In this document: positions 6,792 through 15,889 of the stretch, piece by piece
Layout: the number at the start of each line of letters is the position of its first letter
How positions within the stretch are numbered: position 1 is the stretch's first letter
Source of the DNA: an uncultured Dehalococcoidia bacterium
Lineage (GTDB): Bacteria; Chloroflexota; Dehalococcoidia; GIF9; UBA5629
Direction of reading: 5' to 3'
Assembly: GCA_903844685.1 (NCBI GenBank)
Contig: CAIMUM010000063.1
Span: 1-62,201, forward strand
DNA: 62,201 nucleotides
Notes under the pieces: generated by a model
What the model saw: the letters and a program-made list of their open reading frames with translations, nothing else
What the model was told of the DNA's origin: nothing
Databases searched by the model: none
Program-made: the position numbers and the translations under genes

Positions 6792-8891
6792 TTGAAAAAG
6801 GGGAGCATAATCTCAGCCAGTGTTTCGATTATCATGACACTTGCTATTATCCTGGTGTCAGCCTGTGCGCCGACGCCGACGACAACACCGGGCGCCACTG
6901 CGCCAACGGTGATCTCCACAAACCCGGGTAATACCTCGAATGTGGCCGCCAACGGCACAATTGCCGCAACCTTCAGTGAAGCGATGAACCCGTCAACCGT
7001 CAACGCGGGAACATTTACCTTGAAGAAGGGATCAACGCCTATTGCGGGAACGGTGACCTACGCCGGCACAACGGCAACCTTTACACCGGGCACCGGCCTC
7101 GAACTCTGCACGACTTATACTGCCACGATTACTGCCGGCGTTCAGAACATGGCAGGCAATGCGCTGGCACGTGACTATGCATGGAATTTTTATACGTCAT
7201 GCGCAGGATCTGGAACAGGGGCAGTACAACCATCCAGCACCGGCGTAAGCCCCATTGTTGGGGGTGGCGGTGGAGCCCCAGAGGTCTTCGCACTCAAGGT
7301 TATTTCCACTAACCCGGTTAACGCTGCCACGGGTGTGGCCCTCAACAGTAAAATCACCACCACCTTTAATGGGGGGGTCAACAACACCACCTTTACCTTA
7401 AAGCTGGGGACAACGCCTGTTCCAGGCAATGTGACCTACACTGGAAACACGGCGATCTTTACGCCGGCAGCCAATCTCGCACCCAACACCTTATATACGG
7501 CCACGATTACCACCGGGGGAGTTAGCCAAGTGTGGACCTTTACCACAGGTGCGGCCCCGCCCACGGTGACTTTAACCAACCCGATTGATAATGGTCCCTG
7601 TTGGCCCACCAACTGGGCAATCAGTGCCGTCTTCAGTAAGGTGATGAAATCCTCAACGATTATTAGCCCAGCCACCACCTTTACTCTAACGCAGGCGGGT
7701 GTGGCAGTTCCCGGAGTGGTGAGCTACACTGGCTTCACGGCGACCTTTACGCCGACAGCCAATCTCGCACCCAACCTGCCATACATTGCCACGATTACCA
7801 CCGTAGCCAAAGACCTGGCAGGCAATGCCCTGGCAGTTAAAAAAGTGTGGCACTTTAACTCATGTGCAGGCGTGGCCCCACCCACGGTGATTTCCACCAT
7901 CCCGACTAATGGTGCTACCGATGTGGCCCTCAACAGTAAAATCTACGCCACCTTCAGTCAGGCGATGAATCCCTTAACGCTTAATAGCACTACCTTTACT
8001 TTACAGAATATGACTACGTCTATATTCGTTACCCCACTCTCGGTGACCTACGCCGGCACAACGGCGACCTTCACGCCGCCAGCCAATCTCGCACCCAATA
8101 CCTCATATACGGCCACGATTACCACCGGGGCTCAAGACCTGACCGGTACTGCCCTGGCAGCTGCCTATACATGGACTTTTACCACCATTAATCCATTAAT
8201 ACCACCACTAGGCCCAGACCCAGTTGACCTCGGGACGGCCGGCAATTTCGCGCTTCTGTCAAAATCAGGAATCTCAACCACTGGAGTCACCTCGATTACT
8301 GGAGATATCGGAGCAAGTCCAATCGACGATACAGCAATAACCGGATTTGGGTTAGTAAGGGATTCCACTAATACATTTTCGACAACAATGCCAACAACCC
8401 TGGTCACTGGAAAGGTTTATGCGGCCAACATGGCGGCTCCAACTCCAGCCTATATGACCCAGGCCATAAGTGACATGGAAACCGCGTTCACTGACGCCGC
8501 CGGAAGGGCAACTCCCCCTATTATCACTAACTTTAACGCCGGAAATCTAGGAGGGCAGACACTCGCTCCCGGTCTTTATAAATTTACCACCGACGTTACT
8601 ATCCCCACTGATCTCACTCTCGCTGGCGGCGCAAACGATGTTTGGATCTTCCAGATAACAGGAAAGCTCGATCTCAGCTCTGCCAAAAAGGTTATCCTGA
8701 GCGGCGGCGCCCTGCCCAAGAATATCTTCTGGCAGGCCAGCGACACAGTGACCCTTAACACGGACTCTGTTTTTAACGGAAATATACTGGCTCAAACGAA
8801 TATCAGGATGCTCGCCCGCGCAAGGCTGAACGGCAGAGCGCTGGCACAGACCGCGGTTACAATGGACGCCACTACCGTTGTAAAGCCGTAA
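6792..8891 (+). CDS. Surface lipoprotein: four SbsA/Big_5-type Ig repeats plus a C-terminal DUF3494 ice-binding-like domain
   Basis: TTG start 6 nt after AGGAGG. The lipobox is LVSAC. Four repeats have the pattern P.VIST.P.N....VA.N..I..TFS.AMNP.T.N..TFTL......G.VTY.G.TATFTP.ANLAPNT.YTATITTG. The DUF3494 tail carries LGTAGNFALLSKSGISTTG, ITGDIGASP, LGGQTLAPGLYKF, VWIFQITGKL, NIFWQASDTVTL, GRALAQTAVTMD. Confidence 0.85.
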   Translation: MKKGSIISASVSIIMTLAIILVSACAPTPTTTPGATAPTVISTNPGNTSNVAANGTIAATFSEAMNPSTVNAGTFTLKKGSTPIAGTVTYAGTTATFTPGTGLELCTTYTATITAGVQNMAGNALARDYAWNFYTSCAGSGTGAVQPSSTGVSPIVGGGGGAPEVFALKVISTNPVNAATGVALNSKITTTFNGGVNNTTFTLKLGTTPVPGNVTYTGNTAIFTPAANLAPNTLYTATITTGGVSQVWTFTTGAAPPTVTLTNPIDNGPCWPTNWAISAVFSKVMKSSTIISPATTFTLTQAGVAVPGVVSYTGFTATFTPTANLAPNLPYIATITTVAKDLAGNALAVKKVWHFNSCAGVAPPTVISTIPTNGATDVALNSKIYATFSQAMNPLTLNSTTFTLQNMTTSIFVTPLSVTYAGTTATFTPPANLAPNTSYTATITTGAQDLTGTALAAAYTWTFTTINPLIPPLGPDPVDLGTAGNFALLSKSGISTTGVTSITGDIGASPIDDTAITGFGLVRDSTNTFSTTMPTTLVTGKVYAANMAAPTPAYMTQAISDMETAFTDAAGRATPPIITNFNAGNLGGQTLAPGLYKFTTDVTIPTDLTLAGGANDVWIFQITGKLDLSSAKKVILSGGALPKNIFWQASDTVTLNTDSVFNGNILAQTNIRMLARARLNGRALAQTAVTMDATTVVKP

Positions 8892-8916
8892 AGGCATAAA
8901 GTTATTCGGTGTGAAA

Positions 8917-8960
8917 GCTGCGCCGGCCAGATTATTAAATCTGGCCGGCGCAGTTATTTA
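8917..8960. terminator. Bidirectional hairpin terminator between convergent genes
   Basis: A 15-bp stem, (g)ctgcgccggccagat / atctggccggcgcag, with a 6-nt loop, followed by ttatttat. Confidence 0.7.
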
Positions 8961-9011
8961 TAAATTGATGTCACCGATCTGGTCAGGTGGCAGTACTAAT
9001 GCCACGTGCGT

Positions 9012-10484
9012 TCAGGCCTTCTTGAAATCGATGAACCCTTTCTCCACATCGGTGCGGACCAACTGCACTTTCAACCGGGCGCCGACATCGATGCCCTGAA
9101 ATCCGCTGACCAGCCGTCCTTCAACGGGCGGGTTGAAGATTCGCACCCATGTCCCTTTATCTGCGGCTCCCGTGCAGATCGCATCAAACCGGTCTCCCAT
9201 CCTTGAAGAGAGCAGCATGGCCGCAGCCGATTTGGCAACCTGCCGTTCCACCTTCTTGGCATCATCTTCTTTCTGCGTACAATGCGCAGCCAGCTCCACC
9301 AGTTCATCCTGTTTATATGCTATTGATGACCCTGCCAGGGTAGCCTTAAGCATGCGCTGGGTGATCAGGTCAGGGAACCTGCGGTTGGGAGCAGTGGAAT
9401 GTGTGTAGTCCTGGACGGCGAGGCCGAAGTGGCCCGGCGCAGTCTCGTTGGGGAGCTCGACGACGTATTCACCCGAGCCGAGCAGTTTGATAACGGAGAG
9501 GGAAAGGTCGGGGAAAGCCACCGGGTTGGCTGCTTTCTGCGCGGTCAGAAAGAGATTAAGTGCTTTGGAATCGGGTATCGCGGGTAACTGATAATTATGC
9601 TGGGCCGCGATCTCCACGATCCTGTCCCACCGTTTGGGAACGCGGACTATTCGTCTTAACGAGGGGACCTGCTTATCATGGAGAAAACGCGCTGTTACGT
9701 CGTTGGCCGCTATCATAAAATCCTCGATCAGCTCTGTGGCCCTGTTCTTCGCCTCCGCCTGCAGGTCCTTGATCACGTCTCCCTCAAAGACCGGGCGGGC
9801 TTCCACTGTCTGCAGGTCCAGGGCGCCGTGTTCATGCCGTTTGGCCTTCAATTTCTGGGCCACCCGGTCCTGCAGGCGCAGGTTATCGGCAAGGCCGGGG
9901 ACCGCCATAACAGCGTCCGGGACAGGCCCTGTGCCTTCCAGCCACGCCCCTACACTACTGTAGGCCAGCTTGGCATGGTTATTGACCGTGGCAGGATATA
10001 TATCGGAGTTTTGAACCTCGCCGGCGGCGTCGACCATCATGTCGATCACGATGGCCGGGCGGTCTTCCTGGAAATTGAGTGAGGTGAGATCGGTAGAGAG
10101 CCTCTCCGGGAGCATGGGGAAAATCTTGCCGGCCGTGTAGATCGAAGTCGTGTTCTGATGCGCGTGCTCATCAACGGCCGTGTCCCTTTTCACCAGCATG
10201 TCTACATCAGCGACTGCCACACGGATCCTCACCACCTCACCCGGCAGGGCCTCAGCCACGGTTAGCTGGTCCAGGTCAAGGGAATCGTCATTATCGATCG
10301 ATGCCCATAGCAGGTTGCGCAAATCTTTTATGGCACCTCCCGTTCCACCATGGACTTCCTGCATCTGCGCCAGCTGAGTAAGGGCTTCCGGTGAAAAATC
10401 AGTCTGAAAACCGCGCTCCACCATCACGCGGCGGGCGATCCGCTCCAGGGTATCTTTTCCTTTTCCGTCAATATGATTCAACAT
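9012..10484 (-). CDS. RNase II/R-family 3'-5' exoribonuclease (RNB domain plus C-terminal S1 domain, no N-terminal CSDs)
   Basis: RNB motifs: SIDNDDSLDLDQ and HFGLAVQDYTHSTAPNRRFPDLITQRML. The S1-like tail is KGTWVRIFNPPVEGRLV. I chose the start at ATG 10484, preceded by TATAAT-N6. The track start, TTG 10541, would overlap mgtA. Confidence 0.85.
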   Translation of the reverse strand: MLNHIDGKGKDTLERIARRVMVERGFQTDFSPEALTQLAQMQEVHGGTGGAIKDLRNLLWASIDNDDSLDLDQLTVAEALPGEVVRIRVAVADVDMLVKRDTAVDEHAHQNTTSIYTAGKIFPMLPERLSTDLTSLNFQEDRPAIVIDMMVDAAGEVQNSDIYPATVNNHAKLAYSSVGAWLEGTGPVPDAVMAVPGLADNLRLQDRVAQKLKAKRHEHGALDLQTVEARPVFEGDVIKDLQAEAKNRATELIEDFMIAANDVTARFLHDKQVPSLRRIVRVPKRWDRIVEIAAQHNYQLPAIPDSKALNLFLTAQKAANPVAFPDLSLSVIKLLGSGEYVVELPNETAPGHFGLAVQDYTHSTAPNRRFPDLITQRMLKATLAGSSIAYKQDELVELAAHCTQKEDDAKKVERQVAKSAAAMLLSSRMGDRFDAICTGAADKGTWVRIFNPPVEGRLVSGFQGIDVGARLKVQLVRTDVEKGFIDFKKA

Positions 10485-10530
10485 AGTTACATTATAATAA
10501 GGTAAAGGCAGCCCGCCAAAAAACCCGCCA

Positions 10531-13143
10531 TCAGTCACCAAATTTGCGGTAGAACCAGGTCTTCACCACCTGGGTCAGGAATACGTAGCACACCAGCATG
10601 GCCGCCAGGAGCAGCCAGAAGAGCGGCGGAAGTGGTACAAATCCGAGCGTCCCGGCCAGTGGCGAAACCGTCAGCCAGGCGCCCCCACAGACGACGATTA
10701 GCGAAGTCAATATCAAGGGCCAACTGGCCCGGCTCTGGATGAACGGTATATCATTTGTGCGGATGACGTGAATGATCAGGGTCTGAGTGAAGAGCGACTC
10801 CACAAACCAGCCGGTGTGGAACAGGGCAGGGTTATTCCAGGCGCTGAACACGTAAAGCATGATGAAGAACGTGATGTAATCGAAGATTGAACTGATCGGG
10901 CCGATGAACAGGATAAAGCGCTGTATCTGCCCGATTGTCCACTTGCGCGGCTTTGTCAGCCAATCCGCATCCACCTTGTCGGTGGGGATAGTGGTTTGCG
11001 AGATGTCATAGAGAAAGTTGTTGGTCAGCACCTGAATGGGCAGCATGGGCAGGAAAGGCAGAAACGCGCTGGCTCCCACCACGCTGAACATATTGCCGAA
11101 ATTGGAACTGGCCGCCATTTTGATGTACTTGATGATGTTGCCAAACACGCGGCGGCCCTCGAGCACGCCCTGTTTCAGCACCAGCAGGCTGTTCTCCAGC
11201 AAAATAATGTCGGATGACTCCTTGGCAATATCTACGGCGCTATCAACAGAGATGCCCACATCAGCGGCCCTCAGGGCGGGGGAGTCGTTGATGCCGTCGC
11301 CCATGAAAGCCACCACGTGCCCCTTCTTTTGCAACGCATGAATAATCTGTTCCTTCTGGGCAGGGGCCAGCTTGGCGAAAATGCTGGTCGCGCCGGCGGC
11401 TTCGGCTAATTCTGCCTCACCCAGCGCGTCAATCTGTGAACCGAGCAGGATTTTATCCACGGGCATGCCTACCTGTTTGCATATGTAGGTTGTGATGATT
11501 TCATTATCGCCCGTCAGTATCTTGACATCTACGTTCAGCGCTTTCAGTTGCTGCAGGGCCTCCGTAGCCGTGTCCTTGGGCGGATCCAGGAAGGCCATAA
11601 AGCCGAGCAGAGTCAGGTCTGATTCGTCCTGCACCGTGTAGTGCGGCTCATCATCATCGCCGGGTATGACTTTGTAAGCTATAGCAACGACACGGAATCC
11701 CTGGCCGTTCAATTCCTGCACGAGAAGTTTGCGGTGGGCGTCGTGCTCCGGTGTTACATCCAGCACCTGGCCTTCCACTTCCACGCGCAGGGAAAGGCGC
11801 ATGATCTCTTCCACTGCGCCTTTGCAGATCAAGGTATGCCGGTTCTCCTTGTCTTCCACGATGACCGACATACGCCGCCGCTGAAAATCGAAGGGGATCT
11901 CGTCTATTTTGCGATAATCCGTTCTTACCTTAAGATCCTCCTCGAGGTGACCATGTTGGAGAATAGCCTCATCCATCAGGTTTTTCAAGCCGGTCTGGAA
12001 GTAGCTGTTCATGTACCCGTAATTCAGGACGTGCTCGCTGTCGTGGCCATCAACATCCAGATGCTTCTCCAGCACGATCTTGCCCTGAGTGAGCGTGCCC
12101 GTCTTGTCGGTACACAATACGTCCGCCGCGCCGAAGTTCTGGATGGCGTTCAGACGTTTGACGATTACTTTCTTGCGTGCCATCTCCAGCGCACCCTTGG
12201 ACAGGTTGACGGTCACGATCATGGGCAGCATCTCGGGCGTCAGCCCGACGGCAACTGCTATAGCAAACAGGAACGCTTGCAACCAATCGTGCTTGCTAAA
12301 CCCGTTAATCAGGAATACGGCGGGAACCATCACGGCGATAAAGCGGATCATCAGCCAGGTAAAATTATTAACGCCCTTGTCAAAACTGGTCTGCTCCCTC
12401 TTACCAACAATGCTGGTGGCAAGCGACCCGAGGTATGTCTGGTCCCCGGTGTGTATGACAACTGCTGTTGCGGTGCCGCTTTCTACATTAGTACCGAGGA
12501 AGCAAACATCGGGCAGTTCCAGAGAATTTTGAACTTCGGCGGAGGCGGGAGCGGCCTTTTTCTCCACCGGCAGTGATTCGCCGGTGAGAGCGGCCTGGTT
12601 CAGGAATAAATCCTTGGCGGTCAGCACGCGCACATCGGCAGGAACCATATCCCCGGCGGCCAGGCGGATGATATCACCCGGCACCAGAAACTTGAGCGCA
12701 AGTTCAGCTTCTTTACCATCCCGCATCACCGTGGCGGTAGTATTGACCATGGCTTTGAGTTTTTCTGCTGAGTTATCGGCACGCATCTCCTGGAAGAAGC
12801 GCAATGAGACGCCCAATAAAACCATCGCAAAAATGACTGCAAACGCACGAAGGTCACCGGTTAAGTAGGAGAGTACGCCAAGAGCTGTCAGCAGTATAAC
12901 CAGCGGATTCTTGACATTATCCAGCAGGCGCATGAGGGGCGATTGGCGCTTTTCGTGCGCGATCTCGTTCAACCCGTAGCGTTTGACGCGGGCCCCGGCT
13001 TCCTCGGCGCTCAATCCGTTTGGACTGGAGTCAAGCCCCTGTAGAACGGTACCGGCGTCCTGGCGCGCCTTTTCAAGTAATTGTTCGGAAAAATGCGCTC
13101 CCTTCCCGCCAGGGAGATTACCCGTGGAAAATGTTAGCAACAT
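10531..13143 (-). CDS. mgtA: Mg2+-importing P-type ATPase
   Basis: 870 aa with DKTGTLT, TGDN and MGDGINDSPAL. The MgtA-like N-terminus reads LSAEEAGARVKRYGLNEI, and there are 10 TM-type hydrophobic segments. Confidence 0.85.
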   Translation of the reverse strand: MLLTFSTGNLPGGKGAHFSEQLLEKARQDAGTVLQGLDSSPNGLSAEEAGARVKRYGLNEIAHEKRQSPLMRLLDNVKNPLVILLTALGVLSYLTGDLRAFAVIFAMVLLGVSLRFFQEMRADNSAEKLKAMVNTTATVMRDGKEAELALKFLVPGDIIRLAAGDMVPADVRVLTAKDLFLNQAALTGESLPVEKKAAPASAEVQNSLELPDVCFLGTNVESGTATAVVIHTGDQTYLGSLATSIVGKREQTSFDKGVNNFTWLMIRFIAVMVPAVFLINGFSKHDWLQAFLFAIAVAVGLTPEMLPMIVTVNLSKGALEMARKKVIVKRLNAIQNFGAADVLCTDKTGTLTQGKIVLEKHLDVDGHDSEHVLNYGYMNSYFQTGLKNLMDEAILQHGHLEEDLKVRTDYRKIDEIPFDFQRRRMSVIVEDKENRHTLICKGAVEEIMRLSLRVEVEGQVLDVTPEHDAHRKLLVQELNGQGFRVVAIAYKVIPGDDDEPHYTVQDESDLTLLGFMAFLDPPKDTATEALQQLKALNVDVKILTGDNEIITTYICKQVGMPVDKILLGSQIDALGEAELAEAAGATSIFAKLAPAQKEQIIHALQKKGHVVAFMGDGINDSPALRAADVGISVDSAVDIAKESSDIILLENSLLVLKQGVLEGRRVFGNIIKYIKMAASSNFGNMFSVVGASAFLPFLPMLPIQVLTNNFLYDISQTTIPTDKVDADWLTKPRKWTIGQIQRFILFIGPISSIFDYITFFIMLYVFSAWNNPALFHTGWFVESLFTQTLIIHVIRTNDIPFIQSRASWPLILTSLIVVCGGAWLTVSPLAGTLGFVPLPPLFWLLLAAMLVCYVFLTQVVKTWFYRKFGD

Positions 13144-13309
13144 GATAATAGAATAGTTATATTACCGGGCCGGGATAGATAAAATACTTATGACATTTGG
13201 CGGTTTCTACCGTCGCCGATTGACAAAATCGACGGGGAAAATACGCCGGGCAAATATAATTAACCCGATAGACCTGCTGATTCAGATAGAACATTACACG
13301 CGAAATCTG

Positions 13310-14857
13310 TTAGATGCTCTTATCCTTAAAATACATTGAAGGCAGAGTAAAGTAGAAGGTAGAGCCTTTCCCGGGTGCTGATTCAACCCAAATTTTTCCG
13401 CCGTGAGCTTCCACCAGGCGCAGGCAAACCATTAGTCCTAATCCGATTCCTTTAATCTCACCGAGTTGATTTAACTCCAACCGCTGAAAAGAATGAAAAA
13501 TCCTGGCCTGATCCGCTGCAGATATGCCTCTACCCTGGTCTCTGACACCGACAACAAGACAATCCGGCTCCTGTTTGGCGAAGACCTTTATCTCGCTTCC
13601 ATCGGGTGAATACTTAACCGCATTTTGCACCAGGTTGTATAATATCCGCCTGACTCGTAGCTCATCGGCTTCCACCGGTGATATATCACCGGGAAAATCC
13701 AGAATAAACTTGTGCGCAGATTGCCCATTTAATTCCCTGACCACATCCTGAGCCAGCTTCTCAATTTTCAGTGGCTCGGGGAAGATCATCAACTGTCTGG
13801 CCTGCGTGCGGGAAAGCTCAAGCAGGTTCTCCAGAATATGAGACAACGAACTAGCCTCAAAGAGGGCGTCGTTGAGAAGTCCCTTCATCTCATCCTGAGT
13901 AAGGAGTTTACCATTGTTCAGGACTGTTTCGAGCACCCCTATGATAACCGTCAGCGGTGTGCGCATTTCGTGTGATACAAGGCCAATGAACTCATCTTTC
14001 AAATGGTCTAACTCTGTGTGCCCGGTGATGTCACGTATAACGGCCAGCGTCCCTATTGCCTTGCCGTCCTTGTCTTTTATCGTGCTTACTGCTGACTGAA
14101 CATATAACCGCACTCCATCCCGCTTTATATGTATATTGTCTCCTGACCAATATCCTCTTGTTTCCAATGCTTGTGCTGAATCTGGCTCATCTTCGGGTTT
14201 AACCCAGAGATATTTATAAAGCGCGCCTATAGGCTGTCCGGACGCCTCCTTCTCACTACAGCCATAAAGTCGTTCTGCACCCCTATTCCAGTAATTTACT
14301 ATGCCCAAATTGTCAATGACAACTACCGCATCGCTGATCTCATCGAGCACTTCTGCGTGAAATCTCAGTTGCCTTTCAACCTGTTTGCGTTCCGTTATAT
14401 CGCGGATATTGCACTGGATAATGCGGGTATGATCGACTTTGTATATATTGGATACAAATTCCACCTGGATTTCACGTTTGTCCCTCGTTTCGAGTGGTAA
14501 GTTCTCATAACGTACATAATCTTTCGACTGCAATTCTCGATAGGCAGTTTTACTTGCCTGAACATCTCTGAATGGTCCTATCTCCCAGAGCCTCTTCCCT
14601 ATAAATTCCTCATAGGGATACCCCAACATGTCTATAAGAAATGGATTGACATCCAGTATTCGGCCGGTTTCTGCGCTGAGAATCAATATCCCATCCTGCG
14701 CTGTTTCAAAAAGGCGCCTGTAGCGAATTTCAGAACCCTCCAAAAGTTGCTTTGCTCTTTTGCCCCCGGTTTTTACCGTGTCATTTTCAATAATCTTCTC
14801 GCGTAATAAGTCCAGTTCTTCAATAAGTTGAGTTTTTGTTTTTCGGCTATCTTTCAT
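13310..14857 (-). CDS. Soluble sensor histidine kinase with two PAS domains (HisKA plus HATPase_c)
   Basis: The H-box is FIGLVSHEMRTPLT, the N-box is LYNLVQNAVKYS, and the G-boxes are DQGRGI and GIGLGL. PAS stretches: YRRLFETAQDGILIL and HAEVLDEISDAVVVID. Confidence 0.9.
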   Translation of the reverse strand: MKDSRKTKTQLIEELDLLREKIIENDTVKTGGKRAKQLLEGSEIRYRRLFETAQDGILILSAETGRILDVNPFLIDMLGYPYEEFIGKRLWEIGPFRDVQASKTAYRELQSKDYVRYENLPLETRDKREIQVEFVSNIYKVDHTRIIQCNIRDITERKQVERQLRFHAEVLDEISDAVVVIDNLGIVNYWNRGAERLYGCSEKEASGQPIGALYKYLWVKPEDEPDSAQALETRGYWSGDNIHIKRDGVRLYVQSAVSTIKDKDGKAIGTLAVIRDITGHTELDHLKDEFIGLVSHEMRTPLTVIIGVLETVLNNGKLLTQDEMKGLLNDALFEASSLSHILENLLELSRTQARQLMIFPEPLKIEKLAQDVVRELNGQSAHKFILDFPGDISPVEADELRVRRILYNLVQNAVKYSPDGSEIKVFAKQEPDCLVVGVRDQGRGISAADQARIFHSFQRLELNQLGEIKGIGLGLMVCLRLVEAHGGKIWVESAPGKGSTFYFTLPSMYFKDKSI

Positions 14858-15002
14858 ATCAGGTTTCCCTCCCTAATGCCGGTTGTGATGGCTCGAACCT
14901 ACCTCATATTACCACACATATTTAATTAATAGTGTATAGCTCAATATTTGTCAACAGCACATATCTTGACATATGTTCAATCTGAATACTATTATAATCA
15001 AT

Positions 15003-15719
15003 ATGGTCAATAGAAAACAGAATAACAAAAAGTACCGGATACTGGTGGTTGATGATGAGAGACGGATCCTGAATTTTCTCACTTCAAATCTCAGAGCACA
15101 GGGTTATGAGGTAATAACTGCGAGCGACGGCCTTGAGGCTTTAGAGCAGTTTCATGCTTGCAATCCTGACCTGATCTTGCTTGACATACTCATGCCTAAA
15201 ATGAACGGGCTCGATGTGCTTAAAGAGATACGTGGTTTTTCAAATATTCCTATCATATTTCTCAGCGCCAAGGGAAATGAACGTGACAAAATATCAGGGC
15301 TCGACATGGGGGCCGATGACTATATATCAAAACCTTTTAGTCCTGATGAACTGGTATCCAGGATTGAAGCATTGATGCGCCGGGTTAGACCCAACGAAGC
15401 TAAAATCCCGGAGGAGCTTTCTTTGGGCGATATAACCATGGATTTCAAGGCGCATAAGGTGATAGTTAGAGGCAAAACCATATATTTAACCCGGTTAGAA
15501 TGGCTCTTGCTCAGCGAATTAGCATTAAATGCAGACCATCTCATGAGCTATCAGGAGCTTTTAATTCGCGTCTGGGGGGCTGAATACCGTGATGACATTC
15601 AATTCCTCAGGACATGGATCAGCCGCCTGAGAAGTAAAATCGAAAAGAAACCTTATGATCCCCGAATTATTCTCACCGTCACTAAAATGGGCTACATTTT
15701 AAAAAAATCCCAGCCCTGA
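15003..15719 (+). CDS. OmpR-family response regulator
   Basis: Carries RILVVDDE..DLILLDILMP..SAKG and a winged-helix C-terminal domain (LTRLEWLLLSEL..TVTKMGYIL). The start is uncertain; I prefer ATG 15003 over the track start at 14973. Confidence 0.85.
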   Translation: MVNRKQNNKKYRILVVDDERRILNFLTSNLRAQGYEVITASDGLEALEQFHACNPDLILLDILMPKMNGLDVLKEIRGFSNIPIIFLSAKGNERDKISGLDMGADDYISKPFSPDELVSRIEALMRRVRPNEAKIPEELSLGDITMDFKAHKVIVRGKTIYLTRLEWLLLSELALNADHLMSYQELLIRVWGAEYRDDIQFLRTWISRLRSKIEKKPYDPRIILTVTKMGYILKKSQP

Positions 15720-15889
15720 CATTATTTAAGGAATCCCTGTCCACCAGGTCTTACACGGCATCCACATTTACCGCAATAAGCAACCCAAAAATGTCATAAC
15801 TTCTTAATGTCTTTTTGCTGAATTATATGACTATTACATTCTTAACCATTTAATATATAGCTAATCTATTTTAAAGGAGGAGTTTTATC

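Noticed and set aside
9006-10377. Several plus-strand ORFs (9006..9206, 9133..9408, 9634..10082, 10180..10377)
   Set aside because: They are antisense shadows within the RNase II-family CDS and carry no recognisable motifs.
11641-12576. 311-aa plus-strand ORF and its neighbours inside mgtA
   Set aside because: They are antisense to a P-type ATPase with all canonical motifs. Their composition is His/Gln/Leu-rich, typical of an antisense frame.
13144-13309. Possible M-box riboswitch upstream of mgtA
   Set aside because: I could not find the conserved M-box core sequence by eye. It is reported only as an absence that a covariance model should verify.
14961-14971. Inverted repeat TTGTCAA..N11..TTGACA and promoter-like boxes between the kinase and regulator genes
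   Set aside because: The arms are short (6 bp) and the -35/-10 spacings are non-canonical (15 or 21 nt). That is too weak to call.
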